Origin: Balanoglossus misakiensis
Lineage: Eukaryota; Animalia; Hemichordata
DNA: 64,000 nt
Assembly (NCBI GenBank): GCA_040954595.2
Contig: CM082584.2
Location: 2,945,344 to 3,009,343, forward strand
Reading direction: 5' to 3'
This document shows positions 62,961 to 64,000 of this stretch, piece after piece. The position numbers were made by a program, and so were the translations under genes. The notes under the pieces are model-generated. The model was not told where the DNA came from, did no database searches, and saw nothing but the letters and a program-made list of their open reading frames with translations. The stretch's first letter is position 1. Every line of letters starts with the position of its first letter.

Positions 62961-64000
62961 ATTGGATTGGTTACAAAATTGCTGTACGAGCTTTCTATGA
63001 TTTGACCGCCGAAACCGCGATCAGCGAATTGCGTTGTGCTATACGATTCGAGGATAGTCATTCTGAGTAATTGAATTCAATTAGCCTTACATTCCATGCC
63101 TGCCTAGCTGCAATAATTGTAGCCTTGTTGGGCTGGTTGGGTGGCTGGATGGCCCACCATCTACCCACCCAACTAGGCCACCAATGCTTCAATTATTGCA
63201 TATAATGCCAACCTAGGCCTACTTGATTGGTGATGTGCGACAAGCATGCTAATAATATATTGCGCTGCACATAGGGTAAGGCTTGCATGCCCAGAGACAG
63301 AGTAAAATTTTAACGTTAAACAATATAAACAATAAAATGTTTTTTCACCAAAAAATTAATTTTCCGGTCAGTAGCTGACTTGTTGGAACGTAGGGACAGT
63401 ATGACAGGTCATACATCTGCCGCCATATCACGTAAAAACATCGGTGTAACATGGCCAGAAATATACATCGTTGTGATTGGTTGGGATCCTGTTTTGGCGT
63501 GCTTCATTGACGCATCCATGAATAGATTTTTGTTTGTGTTTGATAGAAAAAAAATGCCCGACCGGGTTGCACAGTTAAGTGGTTTTGGCTAATGACGGGC
63601 ACTGGGTAGATATATAGAAACCATGTATAGAGACAACCATGCTTTTTTTCCGAATTGTGATTGATACTTAGAACTTCGAAAATCTATACGATTTAACTAA
63701 ATGCATTTTCTGGTAAAGGTGAAGTCTGTCAGAACATGATGTACAGTTTTTAAAGAGCAGATTACGAATAAAAATTTAAATGCAACTGAGAACCACGTGA
63801 TTCTTGTCGTAGATTGTCGCATCATACAGCCAGGTCTGTTGTGACTTCACAAATGACACGTCGAAATTTCGTGTGGCAAACGGTATTCGCCATCAACAAA
63901 AAGGTACCGGGAAAGTTTCGACTGGCATGCCGGAATTCTGCATCATGTACACCGGCAGGTTTTTTTGAGATGACAAAGTCGGTTTTTCACAACTTTACCT

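Noticed and set aside
37481-63592. Short 60-150-aa ORFs across the right half
   Set aside because: Low-complexity or repeat-derived, with no recognisable motifs; identical peptides only reflect the segmental duplications.

Overview
AT-rich eukaryotic (animal) DNA with spliceosomal introns, LINEs and Helentrons. It is probably from a marine invertebrate, but the taxon cannot be fixed from sequence alone. The left ~28 kb is a decayed autonomous Helentron (Helitron2-type): OTU protease, coiled-coil/Zn-finger, HUH Rep, PIF1 helicase and APE endonuclease. It carries an internal ~4.3-kb tandem duplication, three nested insertions (a TSD-less palindromic element, an L2 LINE and an antisense CR1-group LINE), and is followed by a spliced RPA-like OB-fold gene. 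The middle (28.6-37.6 kb) is tandem repeats: a 90-bp satellite of ~67 copies and smaller 52/93/60/50-bp arrays. The right part is mostly degenerate non-autonomous repeats and MITEs, but it also holds the most unusual feature. This is a minus-strand array of nine short, paralogous, apparently non-coding exons (one self-hairpin exon plus four A/B pairs) with strong splice signals. Each A exon is complementary to the following B exon, with G:U-compatible and compensatory changes, and a further stem closes over the A|B splice junction. It looks like a spliced, tandemly amplifying hairpin-RNA gene whose hairpins are completed by splicing. No expression evidence is available here; all structures were folded by eye.
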